The notes below the pieces were generated by a model. It worked only from the letters and a program-made list of their open reading frames with translations. It did not search any database and was not told where the DNA came from. DNA of 60,458 bases, the filler included. It is 9 parts of 9 records of this genome, joined end to end, with 100 filler letters (N's around TTAATTAATTAA, not from the genome) between each part and the next. Parts side by side here need not be neighbours in the genome. Positions count along the whole stretch, not along the records: positions 1 to 8,155 come from SRR31147125_86240; positions 8,256 to 13,298 come from SRR31147125_86280; 7 more parts are not named here. One strand, 5' to 3'. Both the position numbers and the translations under genes were made by a program. Positions 1 through 11,127 of this stretch are shown piece by piece; the first letter of the stretch is position 1, and each line of letters starts with the position of its first letter.

Positions 1-2
1 GC

Positions 3-710
3 CATGAAAAAGGGGCGTTTACCGGTGCGGTGAAAAGCCGGGTCGGTCTGTTGGAGATGGCGGACAAAGGTACGGTGTTCTTCGATGAAGTGGGAGATAT
101 GCCCCTCTCCATGCAGGTGAAACTGCTGCGGGTGCTCCAGGAAAAGGAATTGATACGGGTCGGGGGGAACCGCCCTGTTCCTGTTGATATCCGGGTACTC
201 TCCGCCACGGCCAAGAATTTGAAAGCGGAAGTGGCGGCAACAACCTTCCGAAAAGATCTCTATTATCGGATCAACGTCGTCAACATCCAGCTTCCCGCCC
301 TCAGTGAACGGGTGGAAGATCTCCCGCTGCTGATCTATCACATTTTGGGCCGGCTCCATCAAAAAGGGGCCAAGCGGATTGAAGGGGTGTCATCCAAAGC
401 CATGGCACTGCTCACCGGGTATGCCTTTCCAGGCAACGTCAGAGAACTTGAAAACATACTGGAGCACGCCGCCGCCATCACCCACAGCCGTGAAATCAGA
501 GCATGTGATCTTCCTCCGGATCTGGCTGAGCTGGAACTTCAGACCTATCAAATTCCGGAAGATTACATGATGACCCTTGCGGAACTGGAAAGAGATTATA
601 TTGCCCATCTGCTGGAGGTGACGAATCATGCAAAATCAAAAACCGCCGATATTCTGGGAATCAACCGGGCATCCTTGTGGCGGAAAATAAAAAAATATGA
701 TCTGGAATAA
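3..710 (+). CDS. Sigma54-dependent transcriptional activator (AAA+ and Fis-type HTH), 5'-truncated
   Basis: GAFTGA read in-frame from position 3, FFDEVGDM Walker B, QVKLLRVLQE, FPGNVRELEN, C-terminal HTH (LGINRASLWRKIKKY). Confidence 0.93.
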   Translation, partial: HEKGAFTGAVKSRVGLLEMADKGTVFFDEVGDMPLSMQVKLLRVLQEKELIRVGGNRPVPVDIRVLSATAKNLKAEVAATTFRKDLYYRINVVNIQLPALSERVEDLPLLIYHILGRLHQKGAKRIEGVSSKAMALLTGYAFPGNVRELENILEHAAAITHSREIRACDLPPDLAELELQTYQIPEDYMMTLAELERDYIAHLLEVTNHAKSKTADILGINRASLWRKIKKYDLE

Positions 711-774
711 CGACTCTGTCAGGAGCCTTTGTCACAACGGGGTATCAAGGCCTTCAAAAAGAAAATCCTGAGGA

Positions 775-1431
775 TTACGGTTTTATTTTGGATAACGATT
801 TCCGATTTCCGATAATCACCACCGTATCCCCTCTTTCCAGCACATCATCGGCTTTGGGAATGTATTGATACCGGTGGGCGTCGCTTTTTCTCACGGCCAT
901 AATCTGGCAATCGAACCGGTTGGTCAGGTCAATTTCCCGAATGGTTTTTCCTTCAAGCGTTTTAACGACAATTTCCTGAATCATCATTTCCGAATCAAAT
1001 GGGAGTCGCTGCATGAAACCGGGAATGTCAATTCGATCGGCCAGACGATTGGCAGCAATATGTTCCGGAATAAACACGTCGTCCGCACCGATTTTGTAGA
1101 GCAACTTGACATGATCTTCGTTGATGGCTTTGACCCAGATGTTCGGGACATTCAACTCCTTGAGATACATGGTGGTCATGGCACTGGTGGAGATGGAATC
1201 CCCGACACTGACAATGGTATGGGTGATGTCTGAAAATCCAATCTGTTCGAGGGCCTTTTTCCGGGAGACATCGGCTTCATATACCTGAGTGAAGATATGC
1301 TGAGCACTCCGGATCTTTTGGGGATCCAGGTCAATACCGATGACATCGTGATTCAAATTCACCAGGGATTGTCCCAGTTGAAGTCCGAATTTTCCCAGAC
1401 CAATCACACAAATTTGTGGTTTGCTACGCAT
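775..1431 (-). CDS. ktrA: Ktr/Trk potassium uptake RCK subunit (TrkA-N + TrkA-C)
   Basis: VIGLGKFG Rossmann motif, KIGADDVFIPE, TrkA-C tail; directly downstream of a KtrB-like gene. Confidence 0.85.
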   Translation of the reverse strand: MRSKPQICVIGLGKFGLQLGQSLVNLNHDVIGIDLDPQKIRSAQHIFTQVYEADVSRKKALEQIGFSDITHTIVSVGDSISTSAMTTMYLKELNVPNIWVKAINEDHVKLLYKIGADDVFIPEHIAANRLADRIDIPGFMQRLPFDSEMMIQEIVVKTLEGKTIREIDLTNRFDCQIMAVRKSDAHRYQYIPKADDVLERGDTVVIIGNRKSLSKIKP

Positions 1432-1433
1432 CC

Positions 1434-2923
1434 TTATTTTTCCTTTCTTCTTTTTATCCGATCATTATCTTTTCTTCCGGAAGCGTATACAATTGTACGT
1501 CTTGAACACTCTGCAGTGCGTTGATCAGGACAAACGGGCCAAGACGCCCCAGGAACATCAAAATGATGATGACCCACTTCCCGGGTACGGATAACGTCGG
1601 TGTCACTCCCGTGCTCAGTCCTACGGTACAAAATGCGGAGACAGACTCAAACAGAAGCTCTAAAAACTGTCCTCTGACAAGTAGATGCGGTTTGTCTCCC
1701 CTTCTGTGAAATCAAGCAAAAATAGGGCAATGAGAATGATCAGGCTCGACAGAACAAACAAAATCATCGCTTTTTTTACATCCGATTCATTGATGGCGAA
1801 TTTTCCGATCACCACCTGTTGCCGACCTTTTATCTGCGATCGTATGGCCGCAAACAGGACGCTGAATGTCGTCACTTTGATACCGCCGGCACAGGATCCG
1901 GGCGCTCCGCCGATAAACATCAACACAAGAAGGATCAGCAAAGAGACATTGGTCATTTGAGCGATATCAAGGGTGTTGAATCCGGCGGTTCTGGAAGTGA
2001 CCGATTGAAACAACGCCGTCAATAGGGCGTCATCCAGGGCCACCATTCTGTTATAGCCGACAAATTCCGAAATATAGAGCGCAATCCATCCCAGTACGAT
2101 CAGCACCACCGTGGTCTGAAAAACAATACGTGCATACCAGCTGATTCGGGGGGGGATTGTCAACGGAGTGGGGATATTCCTTTTGTTCCTTTAACCCTCT
2201 TGATTTTTTTGAGTTTTTTATATCCTTTTGCTTCATTAATTCCTTTGTTTTCGCGCCCCAGTATAAAAAAAATATTTTCGTGCGGAGACTCACAACATTT
2301 TTAACCTCAACAAAGACCGAAAATCCCATTCCTCCGATGATAATCAGCATCATAAAGACCAAATTGATGTCCCACCGTCCTTTCCAGGCGACCAGGTTAT
2401 TGGAAAAAAGAGAAAAGCCGGCATTGCAGAATGCGGATATCGAATGAAACAGCGACGAGAAGGGTGAAAAGGATTCCGGTGCCATGAGATAAAGCAGCCC
2501 GGCACCGGTCACCTCGATGAGAACGGACCAGATAACAATATCGATGAGAAATGTCCCCAGGTTAAACCCGGAGTCGTGTAACAGCACCCGACCCACCGTA
2601 ATCCGATCCGAAATTGTGGTGCGTCGTCTCAGAAGGTAGATGGAGAGACTGGTAAAGGTCATGATCCCCAGTCCGCCCACTTGGATCAAGCCCATGATAA
2701 TGGCCTGTCCGGCTGTCGTGAAATAGGATCCCGTGTCGACAACGGACAATCCTGTGACGCAGGTGGCCGACGTTGCCGTGAAGACGGCATCCGTCCATGA
2801 GATGGCGTCCGCCCTTCCCTTTTCCGAAAAATGCAGGAAAACCGATCCGAGACCGATGAGCATGATAAAAAAAACAATGGGTAAAATGATTGGTGAGTTA
2901 ACCTGGGAGAACCGTTTCATCAA
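1434..2923 (-). CDS. ktrB: Ktr/TrkH potassium channel membrane subunit, split by two frameshifts (ORFs 2051-2923 and 1660-2163 plus a C-terminal piece)
   Basis: Pore-loop motifs FTATSATCVTGL, SISAFCNAGFS, SVTSRTAGFNT, MFIGGAPGSCAGGIK; breaks near the G7 run at ~2150 and near 1690. Confidence 0.85.
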
Positions 2924-3256
2924 TTGCCGCCCTCATTAAATTCAAAAAACGAACCCGATCTTCTTAGCACCGTCATGACAGATTGGCAAGGATCAAATTC
3001 AGCAACAGTTTAAGCCGTAAAATCAGGAAGGTAGCGTTGTATTTTTCAACGTCTATGTTCGGTTTTGAAACATCCCGTTCCTATCGTGAATATCGCTGTT
3101 TACGAGCGACAGATATGGTGGCGTTGCATATTGAAACGTCCGGATCTGAATACTTGTTGGGCCGATTCAATCGTTAAACGACATGCGATAGAAATAAGGA
3201 TAGCAAAATCAAATAATTATGAAAAAAATTATAAAAAATACCATACGAAAAAATTT

Positions 3257-3272
3257 TGGTACGAAATTTGGA
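3257..3272 (+). promoter_or_regulatory. Possible sigma54 -24/-12 promoter
   Basis: TGGTACGAAATTTGGA resembles TGGCACG-N4-TTGC (GG instead of GC at -12), about 30 nt before ATG 3303; a sigma54 activator is on the same contig. Confidence 0.4.
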
Positions 3273-3302
3273 ATATACGATTCGGCAGGAGGATTTCAAA
3301 AT

Positions 3303-3743
3303 ATGAATTCTGATGTATTAGTGATTTTTGAAAATAAAGAAATATATCCCGGTGCGTTAACTTATGCCAGAGAATTTGCGTTGAGAATAGACGCAAGGGT
3401 CACATTGCTGATGCTGGTCTCTATGTCCTTTGTCGGCTCGGATTTGCTGGGAGCCAAGCGCAATGCCTTGAAAAAGGTGGAAATCGAATCCGGACGATTG
3501 CTGTCTGAATGCTCTCAACCGTTTATTCAAAGCGGGCTGGAGCTCAGTTCCGTGCTGAAAATTGGTGATCCTGCCCAGGAACTACTGAAATTTTTGGCAA
3601 ATCGTCCTCCGTTTAAGGCGATTTTATGGGGAAGCAGTCAAAAGCTCCCGTTTTCAGATAAAAAGGGAAGCGGACATTGGCTCAAACGGGTTGCCGTCAG
3701 TCTGGAGTGCCCGCTTCTCAACATTAAAGAACGATCAAAATGA
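3303..3743 (+). CDS. Universal stress protein-like
   Basis: AGGAGG RBS before ATG 3303; USP-like pattern (ALTYAREFA, GDPAQELLKF, ILWGS, ECPLL). Confidence 0.7.
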   Translation: MNSDVLVIFENKEIYPGALTYAREFALRIDARVTLLMLVSMSFVGSDLLGAKRNALKKVEIESGRLLSECSQPFIQSGLELSSVLKIGDPAQELLKFLANRPPFKAILWGSSQKLPFSDKKGSGHWLKRVAVSLECPLLNIKERSK

Positions 3744-4023
3744 CGGCCCCGTCATACTGTTGCAACAAACATGAAAATCTCTATGAAGAACAGAGTTCAA
3801 ATCCGACCTCAATCAAAAAATCGAATTTTGGGGAGAAAGTCCCTTTGTATATGGAAGTCAGAGAAACCGGACAGTATGGATACGATGATCAACATCGCAT
3901 TCGGTTTCATTAACATGTTAACGCGGAGAATCCGCAAACCCACTGCCTTTTTCCCATCTTGTTCCCTGTTTTTTGGAACATTGGAGCAAGGCAAAAAAAT
4001 TTGAAACGGAGAACGGAGATATT

Positions 4024-5874
4024 ATGGAACAATTGACGATGGAAATGACGATCGTACTCATGATGATCGGGTTGGCTATTTTCCTTTTTATCGTGGAATG
4101 GGTTCGAGTGGATGTGGTGGCGATTTTGATGATGGTCTGTCTGCCGCTGTTTCATCTGGTCACGCCGACGGAGGCATTTATCGGCCTGAGCAGTAACGCG
4201 GTGGTGTCGATCATTGCAGTGATCATCATCGGCGCGGGACTTGACAAAACCGGGATGATCAACAACCTGGTCAAGCCGGTCCTGGCCATTGCCGGGAAAA
4301 GTACATCCAGAATTATTATTGCCATTTCATTTACGGTGGCCGTGATTTCGAGCTTCATGCAGAACATTGGTGCGGCGGCCCTGTTTTTACCTGCCATCCA
4401 GCGCATCAGCAAGATGCAGAACATTCCCTTGAGTCGGCTGCTCATGCCCATCGGGTTCAGCGCCATCCTCGGCGGAACCATTACCCTGGTTGGCTGTTCC
4501 CCCTTGATTTTGCTCAATGATCTGCTCAAGCCGTTTGACCTCGAGCCCTTTGGACTGTTCGATGTCACCCCCATCGGTCTGGCGTTGGTGGCAAGCGGTA
4601 TTACCACTTTTATTCTGCTGGGGCGGTTGATATTACCTCAGGGAGAGTCGGATCAAATGCTGGATGATGCCGCCTGCGCATTGGGCAGTACCGAAGACGA
4701 AGGCAGCGGTATCGGGACGCAACAAAAGACGCAAGATTATAGGCAAAATTGCAAGTATGAGTTGACAACCAGTGACACTTTCACCGATTATCGGGATCCG
4801 GTGTGTGTCGACGATATCCGTCGTCGTTATCTGGTCAACGTCCTGGGCCTGACGGCTCCCCCCGATTTTAAAAATTTCTCTCCGGCGCCCGACGCTGAAA
4901 TCCGTTCCAACGTCGATCTGGTGGTTTGCGGGAAACAAGTAGATGTGGAGCGGATGGCTGCCAATGAAGGGATGACAATCAAAGATGATATCGAATATTA
5001 TCATTCCGAATTGGATTCCTCCACCTCCGGTATCGTGGAAGCGGTTGTGGGACCCCGCTCCCATTATATCGGCCAGACCCTGCAGACCATTGGATTTCAT
5101 GATCGCTACCGGATCACCCCTGTGGAGATTCATCGTCAGGGTGAAGTCTATCGGGCGGAAATTGACGATGTCGTACTGCAGACCGGCGATGTCATCTGCT
5201 TTTACGGTCTGTGGGAACGTTTGGACCGGCTCCATCTCGAAGGGGGGCTCTTGTTCAGCCTTCCGACGGATGTGAATGAGATGCGGCCTGAAAAAGCGTT
5301 GTGGGCCGGTGCCTGGCTGGCATTGTCTCTCACCATGATCATGGTGTTCAATATTCAGCTCTCCGTCTCTCTTATGACCGGTGCCCTGGGAATGGTGGTG
5401 ACCCGTGTATTGAGTATTGACGAAGCGTATGAAGCGGTGGATTGGCGAACGATTTTCCTTCTGGCGGGGTTGATCCCTCTGGGAATCGCCACGGAAAAGA
5501 CGGGGACGGCCGCCTGGATCGCGGGAAGTATTCTTACGATTATCGGTGATGTGCCTCCCATTGTACTGCTGACGGTGATCGGTCTTTTATCCACCGTGTT
5601 TACCTTGGTCATCTCCAATGTCGGAGCGACGGTGCTTCTGGTTCCGCTTGTGGTCAACATGGCCCTTGCATCGGGTACGGATCCCAGAATGGCGGCATTG
5701 GTGGTGGGACTTGCCACCAGCAATTCCTTTATGCTGCCCACCCATCAGGTGAATGCCCTTTACATGGGGCCGGGCGGATACCGGACCGTTGATTTCATAA
5801 AGGCCGGAAGTCTTGTCAGTGTTGTGTTTCTGGTGGTGATGATTGCAATGATCAGTCTGATTTACGGGGTTTAA
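4024..5874 (+). CDS. SLC13/DASS-family permease with internal TrkA-C domains
   Basis: Hydrophobic N- and C-halves (SSFMQNIGAAA, GGTITLVG, ISNVGATVL, PTHQVNA..GPGGY) flanking a soluble TrkA-C region; GGAG RBS before ATG 4024. Confidence 0.9.
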   Translation: MEQLTMEMTIVLMMIGLAIFLFIVEWVRVDVVAILMMVCLPLFHLVTPTEAFIGLSSNAVVSIIAVIIIGAGLDKTGMINNLVKPVLAIAGKSTSRIIIAISFTVAVISSFMQNIGAAALFLPAIQRISKMQNIPLSRLLMPIGFSAILGGTITLVGCSPLILLNDLLKPFDLEPFGLFDVTPIGLALVASGITTFILLGRLILPQGESDQMLDDAACALGSTEDEGSGIGTQQKTQDYRQNCKYELTTSDTFTDYRDPVCVDDIRRRYLVNVLGLTAPPDFKNFSPAPDAEIRSNVDLVVCGKQVDVERMAANEGMTIKDDIEYYHSELDSSTSGIVEAVVGPRSHYIGQTLQTIGFHDRYRITPVEIHRQGEVYRAEIDDVVLQTGDVICFYGLWERLDRLHLEGGLLFSLPTDVNEMRPEKALWAGAWLALSLTMIMVFNIQLSVSLMTGALGMVVTRVLSIDEAYEAVDWRTIFLLAGLIPLGIATEKTGTAAWIAGSILTIIGDVPPIVLLTVIGLLSTVFTLVISNVGATVLLVPLVVNMALASGTDPRMAALVVGLATSNSFMLPTHQVNALYMGPGGYRTVDFIKAGSLVSVVFLVVMIAMISLIYGV

Positions 5875-5982
5875 TCAATTACAAAAAACGATGAAATGAG
5901 AGGGCAATCCTGAATGATTGCCCTCCCACAGGGCAGATGGAAAAGCGGTTTGCCCCACCATTCAACTACCAAGGAGTATATC

Positions 5983-6768
5983 ATGTCCATATTACTATTT
6001 TCTTCAGAAAGCAGAGACCTGGAAAAGAGTATTGCCCAGCAGACCGCCGATCAGCTGGGATACAAAACATTGAATCAGAGATTTCTTGCCGACATTGCAC
6101 AAAACCACTCTCTGGAATTATCAAAACTGAATGATGCACTGGAGAACATGCCATCCATTTTCAGACGCATGTCCAAACAATATTGGCAATACGCGTTGTC
6201 CTGTGTTGAAATGGAAGTGTTGAACCGGCTGCTGGAGAATAACGTGGTGTGCTGGGGACTGAGTGCGCATCTATATGTGCTGGTGGTCTCCCATGTGCTG
6301 AAAGTACGGCTGATCGGGGGGTACGATGCCCGGCAGGAGGCTGTGATCAATAAACATGTGCAGCAACGGGACAAATGGTCTCAGGCAGCATACAAACGAA
6401 ATGCCACCGATCCGAAGCTGTATGATCTGGTCATCAACCTGAATCAAATCAAACCTGAAGAGGCCATCAGTACTCTGACCGCCACTGTGGAATATCCCCG
6501 TTTCAAACCCATGACCTATTCCATGAATAATCTGGCGGATCGTGCCCTGGCTGCCAGGGTGAAAAATGAATTACTAAAATCCATGACGGAAATTTATGTC
6601 CACGCCCAAAATGGAACCGTCGTGGTCACCACCACTTCTCTGAAGCGGGAGAAAAACAAAAAAATAGCGAAGATCAAGGAAACCGCCTCTCAAATTAAAG
6701 ATATCGGCTACTTGGAAGTTCACTGGCGTCTGGACCCAATCAATGAAGCCGCCATGAGTTCTCGATAA
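5983..6768 (+). CDS. Cytidylate-kinase-like family protein with C-terminal BON-like domain
   Basis: AAGGAG RBS; SHVLKVRLI and DPKLYDLVIN family motifs; LAARVKNELL..VHAQNGTVVV BON-like tail. Confidence 0.72.
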   Translation: MSILLFSSESRDLEKSIAQQTADQLGYKTLNQRFLADIAQNHSLELSKLNDALENMPSIFRRMSKQYWQYALSCVEMEVLNRLLENNVVCWGLSAHLYVLVVSHVLKVRLIGGYDARQEAVINKHVQQRDKWSQAAYKRNATDPKLYDLVINLNQIKPEEAISTLTATVEYPRFKPMTYSMNNLADRALAARVKNELLKSMTEIYVHAQNGTVVVTTTSLKREKNKKIAKIKETASQIKDIGYLEVHWRLDPINEAAMSSR

Positions 6769-7003
6769 GAAGATACCCAATTTATAGAGTATTCCCTTTT
6801 GTTCTTTTGCCCTTTTCATGAATGGAAAAGGACAAATGTAATGTATTTATATAAATAACTTTGGCATCTTTCATTTCAACTTTACACGTTTCAGTTCACA
6901 TCCCCATTTTGAGGAAACACCTCCCAAAACGTGTGAAACAGTGTTGAGGTCATATGAAGAATGCCGTGATTTTCATAAAAAGAAAAAGCGTAAGGAGGCT
7001 AAC

Positions 7004-7408
7004 ATGTCAGACCAACTTGAAATTTTGCTGCTGGATGATGAACAGATTGTGGGAAAACGGCTGAAACCGGCGTTGGAAAAAATGGGATGCCGGGTTGAGG
7101 TATTTCTGGATCCTATTGAAGCGGTCAGGCGAATTGAAGAAAAAGAGTTTGATATTGTGGTCACGGATATTTATATGGAAGAGATGGATGGCATGCATGT
7201 CCTGGAAAGGGTCCATGAGAAGTATCCCAGAACAAAAATTATCATGATTACGGGATATGCCATGATCAACCTGGCCAGGGATGCCATGGAAAAAGGGGCA
7301 TTTGACTTTATTGCCAAACCGTTCAAACCCGATGATCTGAGAAAAGTCATTGCCAAGGCGGCGGAAGCGTTGGGCTCCCCCATTGATTTCAATGTTGCCG
7401 AAAAGTAA
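7004..7408 (+). CDS. Single-domain response regulator (receiver)
   Basis: LLLDDE, VTDIYM (phospho-Asp), MITGY, FIAKPF; AAGGAGG RBS. Confidence 0.92.
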   Translation: MSDQLEILLLDDEQIVGKRLKPALEKMGCRVEVFLDPIEAVRRIEEKEFDIVVTDIYMEEMDGMHVLERVHEKYPRTKIIMITGYAMINLARDAMEKGAFDFIAKPFKPDDLRKVIAKAAEALGSPIDFNVAEK

Positions 7409-7422
7409 AAAATAGGTGATTC

Positions 7423-8155
7423 ATGATGGAAACAGATCGACAACATTCAGAAAAACCCGTTGCGCCGGGCAGCACCGGCACCTCCGGTCACGATCCACTC
7501 TCTTCTTCAGGGAACGCGTCTCGCCTGAACCAATCCGGAGGTCCCGCCACACCAAACAGTGATGAGGCCCCTTCGGACGAGGTCGCAAAGAGTCTCTATA
7601 GCCATATGGAGGATATCCACAACGCGCAGAAGGAACTGATGTCACGTCCCCATTTCAGTGTGAGAAGACAGATCTATATCGGCAATTTGATAGTATTTCT
7701 TTTCACCGCACTCATTGCCGTGGTCATGATTCTCAACAACGAAATGGTGCAGGCGCGGATCAATTTTCTGGAGTTTGTCAATGAGTTTTCATCTGAAGTT
7801 CAGCAGGCCCGGCGGTACGAGAAGAACTTTTTCTCTATGGAAGCAATCTTGCGGATGCCCTTGAGAACATCCGGCTTGCAAAATCCATATTTATCAGAGA
7901 ATCGGATAGTTTTTCAGAATTGCAGGGAAAACAGAAGCATCAGCAGATGCTGAGCCAGATTGATTCCTATGAAGCGCTTTTAAAGGAACTTGCCAAAAAA
8001 GCGCTTCTCAGCGATTTTACGCACGATCAGAAAACCGGAGAAGCGGCCTCCAATGCTGCGCACACCATGTCGGCAAAGGGGCTGGAACATCAATTACGGG
8101 AATACGGGCAGGAAATACTCGAGTCGGCCCAACAGATGATGAGTGCGGAGAAAAA
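7423..8155 (+). CDS. Sensor histidine kinase N-terminal region, frameshifted near 7830 and 3'-truncated
   Basis: TM helix then EVQQARRYEKNFF four-helix sensor motif; continues in ORF 7920+; follows the receiver gene. Confidence 0.65.
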
Positions 8156-8255
8156 NNNNNNNNNNNNNNNNNNNNNNNNNNNNNNNNNNNNNNNNNNNNT
8201 TAATTAATTAANNNNNNNNNNNNNNNNNNNNNNNNNNNNNNNNNNNNNNNNNNNN
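8156..8255. other. Artificial contig linker
   Basis: N44-TTAATTAATTAA-N44, with stops in all six frames. Confidence 0.98.
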
Positions 8256-8805
8256 GGGGAGAGCTGCAGTCATGCATCCCCCTTCGGGTAAAAACAGCAG
8301 AGAGACAGAGCAACTGAAGAAATCAATTGATGAATTATCGTCTTTTGCCCGTTCCGCCGGGATAAAAATCGCAATCGAAAACATGGTCAGTCCCGAGAGC
8401 TGTGATGTCATTGAAGCAATGTTCCATGAGTTTGATCCGGACTTCCTCGGTTTCTGCTGGGACGCCGGCCATTCCAACATGACCCCTGACGGGATTGGGA
8501 GGGTCGAACCGTTTATGGATCGTCTGACCGTTCTTCACCTCCATGACAATAATGGAAAATCCGACCAGCACAAACTCCCCTTTACGGGAACCATTGACTG
8601 GAACAGGGCGGCCGGACTCATTGCGGGATCTTCCTACAACGGACCGTTTACAATGGAGATGATGATCTGGAACACAGGGTACAAACGGAGAACTTCCTTC
8701 CTGAGAGAAGCGGAGAGAACAGCCGGCAGACTGAATAAACTGGTTGAAGAGAAACGGGGAACGGCAGTCTGCGCCGGGAGTGAATCCCGGACTGGCAGAT
8801 CCTGA
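8256..8805 (+). CDS. Sugar phosphate isomerase/epimerase (xylose isomerase-like TIM barrel), 5'-truncated
   Basis: IAIENM, CWDAGH, LHLHDN, DQHKLPFTGTIDW, TMEM metal ligands. Confidence 0.85.
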
Positions 8806-8814
8806 TTGTGAACT

Positions 8815-9888
8815 CTATCTGCCGCGGTTCAGGATCCGGATTTCATCCACCATGGCTTCCTGATTCTCCCAGGGGACTTCCGGGCTCAGCTCGTGAGCCG
8901 GGGCAATCACAAGGCCCCCTTTCTCTCCGGAAATCTCTACCAGTTCTCTGACCCGGGCCCGGACATCGTCGGTTGATCCGAAGGGAAAGGTGGTCTGGGC
9001 TCCGATCCCTCCCCAGAAAGAGAGTTTGTCTCCGTACTGCCCATGGATTTTCCTGAAATCCATGCATTCCGGCTGAACCGGGTTCAGGATGTCCACTCCG
9101 ATTTCAATCAGATCGGGTATAAAGGGTTCGATATAACCGCAGGAATGGTAGAAGATCAGGGCATCTTCTTTTATTTCCCTGATCGTCCGGATCACCTTTG
9201 CCAGCCGGGGCTTGAGCCATTGCCGCCAGAGTTCGGGATTCATCATAACCGTACTCTGCATTCCCACGTCGTCCCCCAGGGCAATGATGTCATGGCCCGT
9301 TCCGGCAAGGAGAACCGCCGATTCGCATGAGAGCTCTGTTATCCTGTCCAGTATACAGACGGCCCTGTCATCGTCCATCATCATATCCATCATCAGATCA
9401 TTCATCCCTCTGATCAGCCAGGCTCTTTCCCAGATGGTCTGATCCATGTAACCCATAGCTGCCAGCCCCTTGCTGTGACAGTACTTTACAAAGAGCTTCA
9501 GCATCTTCTCCATCCCCGGGATCAGGGTGGGCAGCCTGTAATTCCGGATCTGTTCCAGGGTGGTGGACTCTCCCTCCAGGGGGCTGTGGAAATGACACAT
9601 GTGATAGGCTTCTTTGGAACCGTAGGACCTGCCGACTCCGAAGGGATCGACATCAAAACGGTCCGGCATGTCCAGGTGGGCAAAGAGCTGCCTGCCGCTT
9701 CCTTTGTAGCCCGGCCGGTAGAAGCAGGCGCTGATCCTGTGAGAAAAATCATAGTAGGATGAGATCGAACGGAAGGGGAGCCTGTTTCTGAATTCCTTCC
9801 TTTTGGTGGATGTCAGGGGCATGTCGCAGGGGATCTTTTCATATCCCTCTCTCCTGAGTGTTCTGAGCAGATTCTCCCGTTTCGTCAT
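8815..9888 (-). CDS. Uroporphyrinogen decarboxylase / MtaA-like family protein
   Basis: WERAWLIRG, LGDDVGMQ, FYHSCG, ILNPVQPECMD, FWGGIG, APAH; GGAGG RBS before ATG 9888. Confidence 0.85.
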   Translation of the reverse strand: MTKRENLLRTLRREGYEKIPCDMPLTSTKRKEFRNRLPFRSISSYYDFSHRISACFYRPGYKGSGRQLFAHLDMPDRFDVDPFGVGRSYGSKEAYHMCHFHSPLEGESTTLEQIRNYRLPTLIPGMEKMLKLFVKYCHSKGLAAMGYMDQTIWERAWLIRGMNDLMMDMMMDDDRAVCILDRITELSCESAVLLAGTGHDIIALGDDVGMQSTVMMNPELWRQWLKPRLAKVIRTIREIKEDALIFYHSCGYIEPFIPDLIEIGVDILNPVQPECMDFRKIHGQYGDKLSFWGGIGAQTTFPFGSTDDVRARVRELVEISGEKGGLVIAPAHELSPEVPWENQEAMVDEIRILNRGR

Positions 9889-9957
9889 TCCGCTGACCTC
9901 CCTGGAACGGCATCGCTGATTCATTCTTGACATATTCATGGTTCAGGAATACCTTGT

Positions 9958-9980
9958 AAATACAACACATTGTAGTATTT
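9958..9980. promoter_or_regulatory. Palindromic operator between face-to-face sigma70 promoters (probable TetR site)
   Basis: AAATACAACA-CAT-TGTAGTATTT (9/10 inverted repeat); + promoter TTGACA 9927-N17-TACCTT 9950; - promoter TTGACA 9998-N18-TACAAT 9974. Confidence 0.6.
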
Positions 9981-10023
9981 TGATATTGGAGCTGTCAATG
10001 TTTTCTTTACAGGAAGGATTAAG

Positions 10024-11127
10024 ATGAAGGAAGAGCTGAAGATATTCCTCAGAACCCTGAAGAGGGGAAAATATCAGGAAGGCTGCACAAGCCGGGAAAT
10101 CGTGAAGAGGGCAATCGAGTTTGACAATCCCCCCCGCGTCCCCTACATGTTCAATACCCATGGAGGAGATGTTTTTCTGGCGGCTTCCGGGTCGGGCCCC
10201 AAAGGGCAGAAAAGGCCGGGAAGGATCGGTGCGGCCTATACAGACGGCTGGGGCATCGAATGGGAGGTGACCGGGCGCGGCTGGGATCATGCGGTGGGAC
10301 ACCCTCTGGATGATCTGTCGGAAAAACTGGCCTCCTATTCTTTCCCGGAGATGGGATTTGACCGTCCCGATCCTCTTATGAAAATGATGATCCGCATGGG
10401 ACGGCGCATGAAGAAGTATGTTCTGGGAGTCAATTCCATCAATATGTACGAACTGCTGCGGTCGCTCATGGGATTCGAGGCTGCCATGACGGCTCCCTAT
10501 CTCTCTCCGGATCTCCTTTCGGAACTGCTGAACAGGCTGGCTGATATGACCTGCCGTCAGATTGACAGCTTCTGCCGGGCCGGGGGGATCGACGGATTTA
10601 TCACCTATGAGGACTGGGGACTGCAGTCGGGGCTGCAGATGAGCGTAGACCAGTTCCGCGAATTCTATAAACCTGTCTATAAAAGGGTCATAGATCACTG
10701 TCATGACCGGGGCATCCATTTCATCTGGCACAGCTGCGGCGACATCATTGCTCTGATTCCGGAAATGGTCGATCTGGGGGTCGATGCGGTTCAGATGGAT
10801 CAGCCCCGGCTGATGGGATACGAGAATCTGATAGATGAATCACGGGGGAAGCTCTGTTTTTTCAACTGTGTCGACAACCAGTGGACGGCCAGGCCTGAGG
10901 TAACGGTGGATGAAATTGCAGCCGAAACGGAAAAAATGCTTGATACCTTCACCCGCAGAATGCCCGGGGGAGGGCTGATCGTGAAGCACTATACCCAGCC
11001 CTGGGATATCGGTCTGTCAAAGGAGAAGGAACGGGCCATCGCGGAGGCTTTCTTCCGCTACTCCGGAGCCTTGATACCGGCTAAAATCAGATCCACCAGT
11101 GTGGTCACGAAGGAGAAGGGATCGTAA
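10024..11127 (+). CDS. Uroporphyrinogen decarboxylase / MtaA-like family protein
   Basis: DGWGIEW, YEDWGLQ, IWHSCG, VQMDQP. Confidence 0.8.
   Translation: MKEELKIFLRTLKRGKYQEGCTSREIVKRAIEFDNPPRVPYMFNTHGGDVFLAASGSGPKGQKRPGRIGAAYTDGWGIEWEVTGRGWDHAVGHPLDDLSEKLASYSFPEMGFDRPDPLMKMMIRMGRRMKKYVLGVNSINMYELLRSLMGFEAAMTAPYLSPDLLSELLNRLADMTCRQIDSFCRAGGIDGFITYEDWGLQSGLQMSVDQFREFYKPVYKRVIDHCHDRGIHFIWHSCGDIIALIPEMVDLGVDAVQMDQPRLMGYENLIDESRGKLCFFNCVDNQWTARPEVTVDEIAAETEKMLDTFTRRMPGGGLIVKHYTQPWDIGLSKEKERAIAEAFFRYSGALIPAKIRSTSVVTKEKGS

Noticed and set aside
3771-4004. 77-aa ORF between the USP and SLC13 genes
   Set aside because: No clear RBS or motif; may be intergenic, so it was not called
8200-8211. Recurrent TTAATTAATTAA as a biological repeat or CRISPR repeat
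   Set aside because: Always centred in N-runs; it is a six-frame-stop assembly linker
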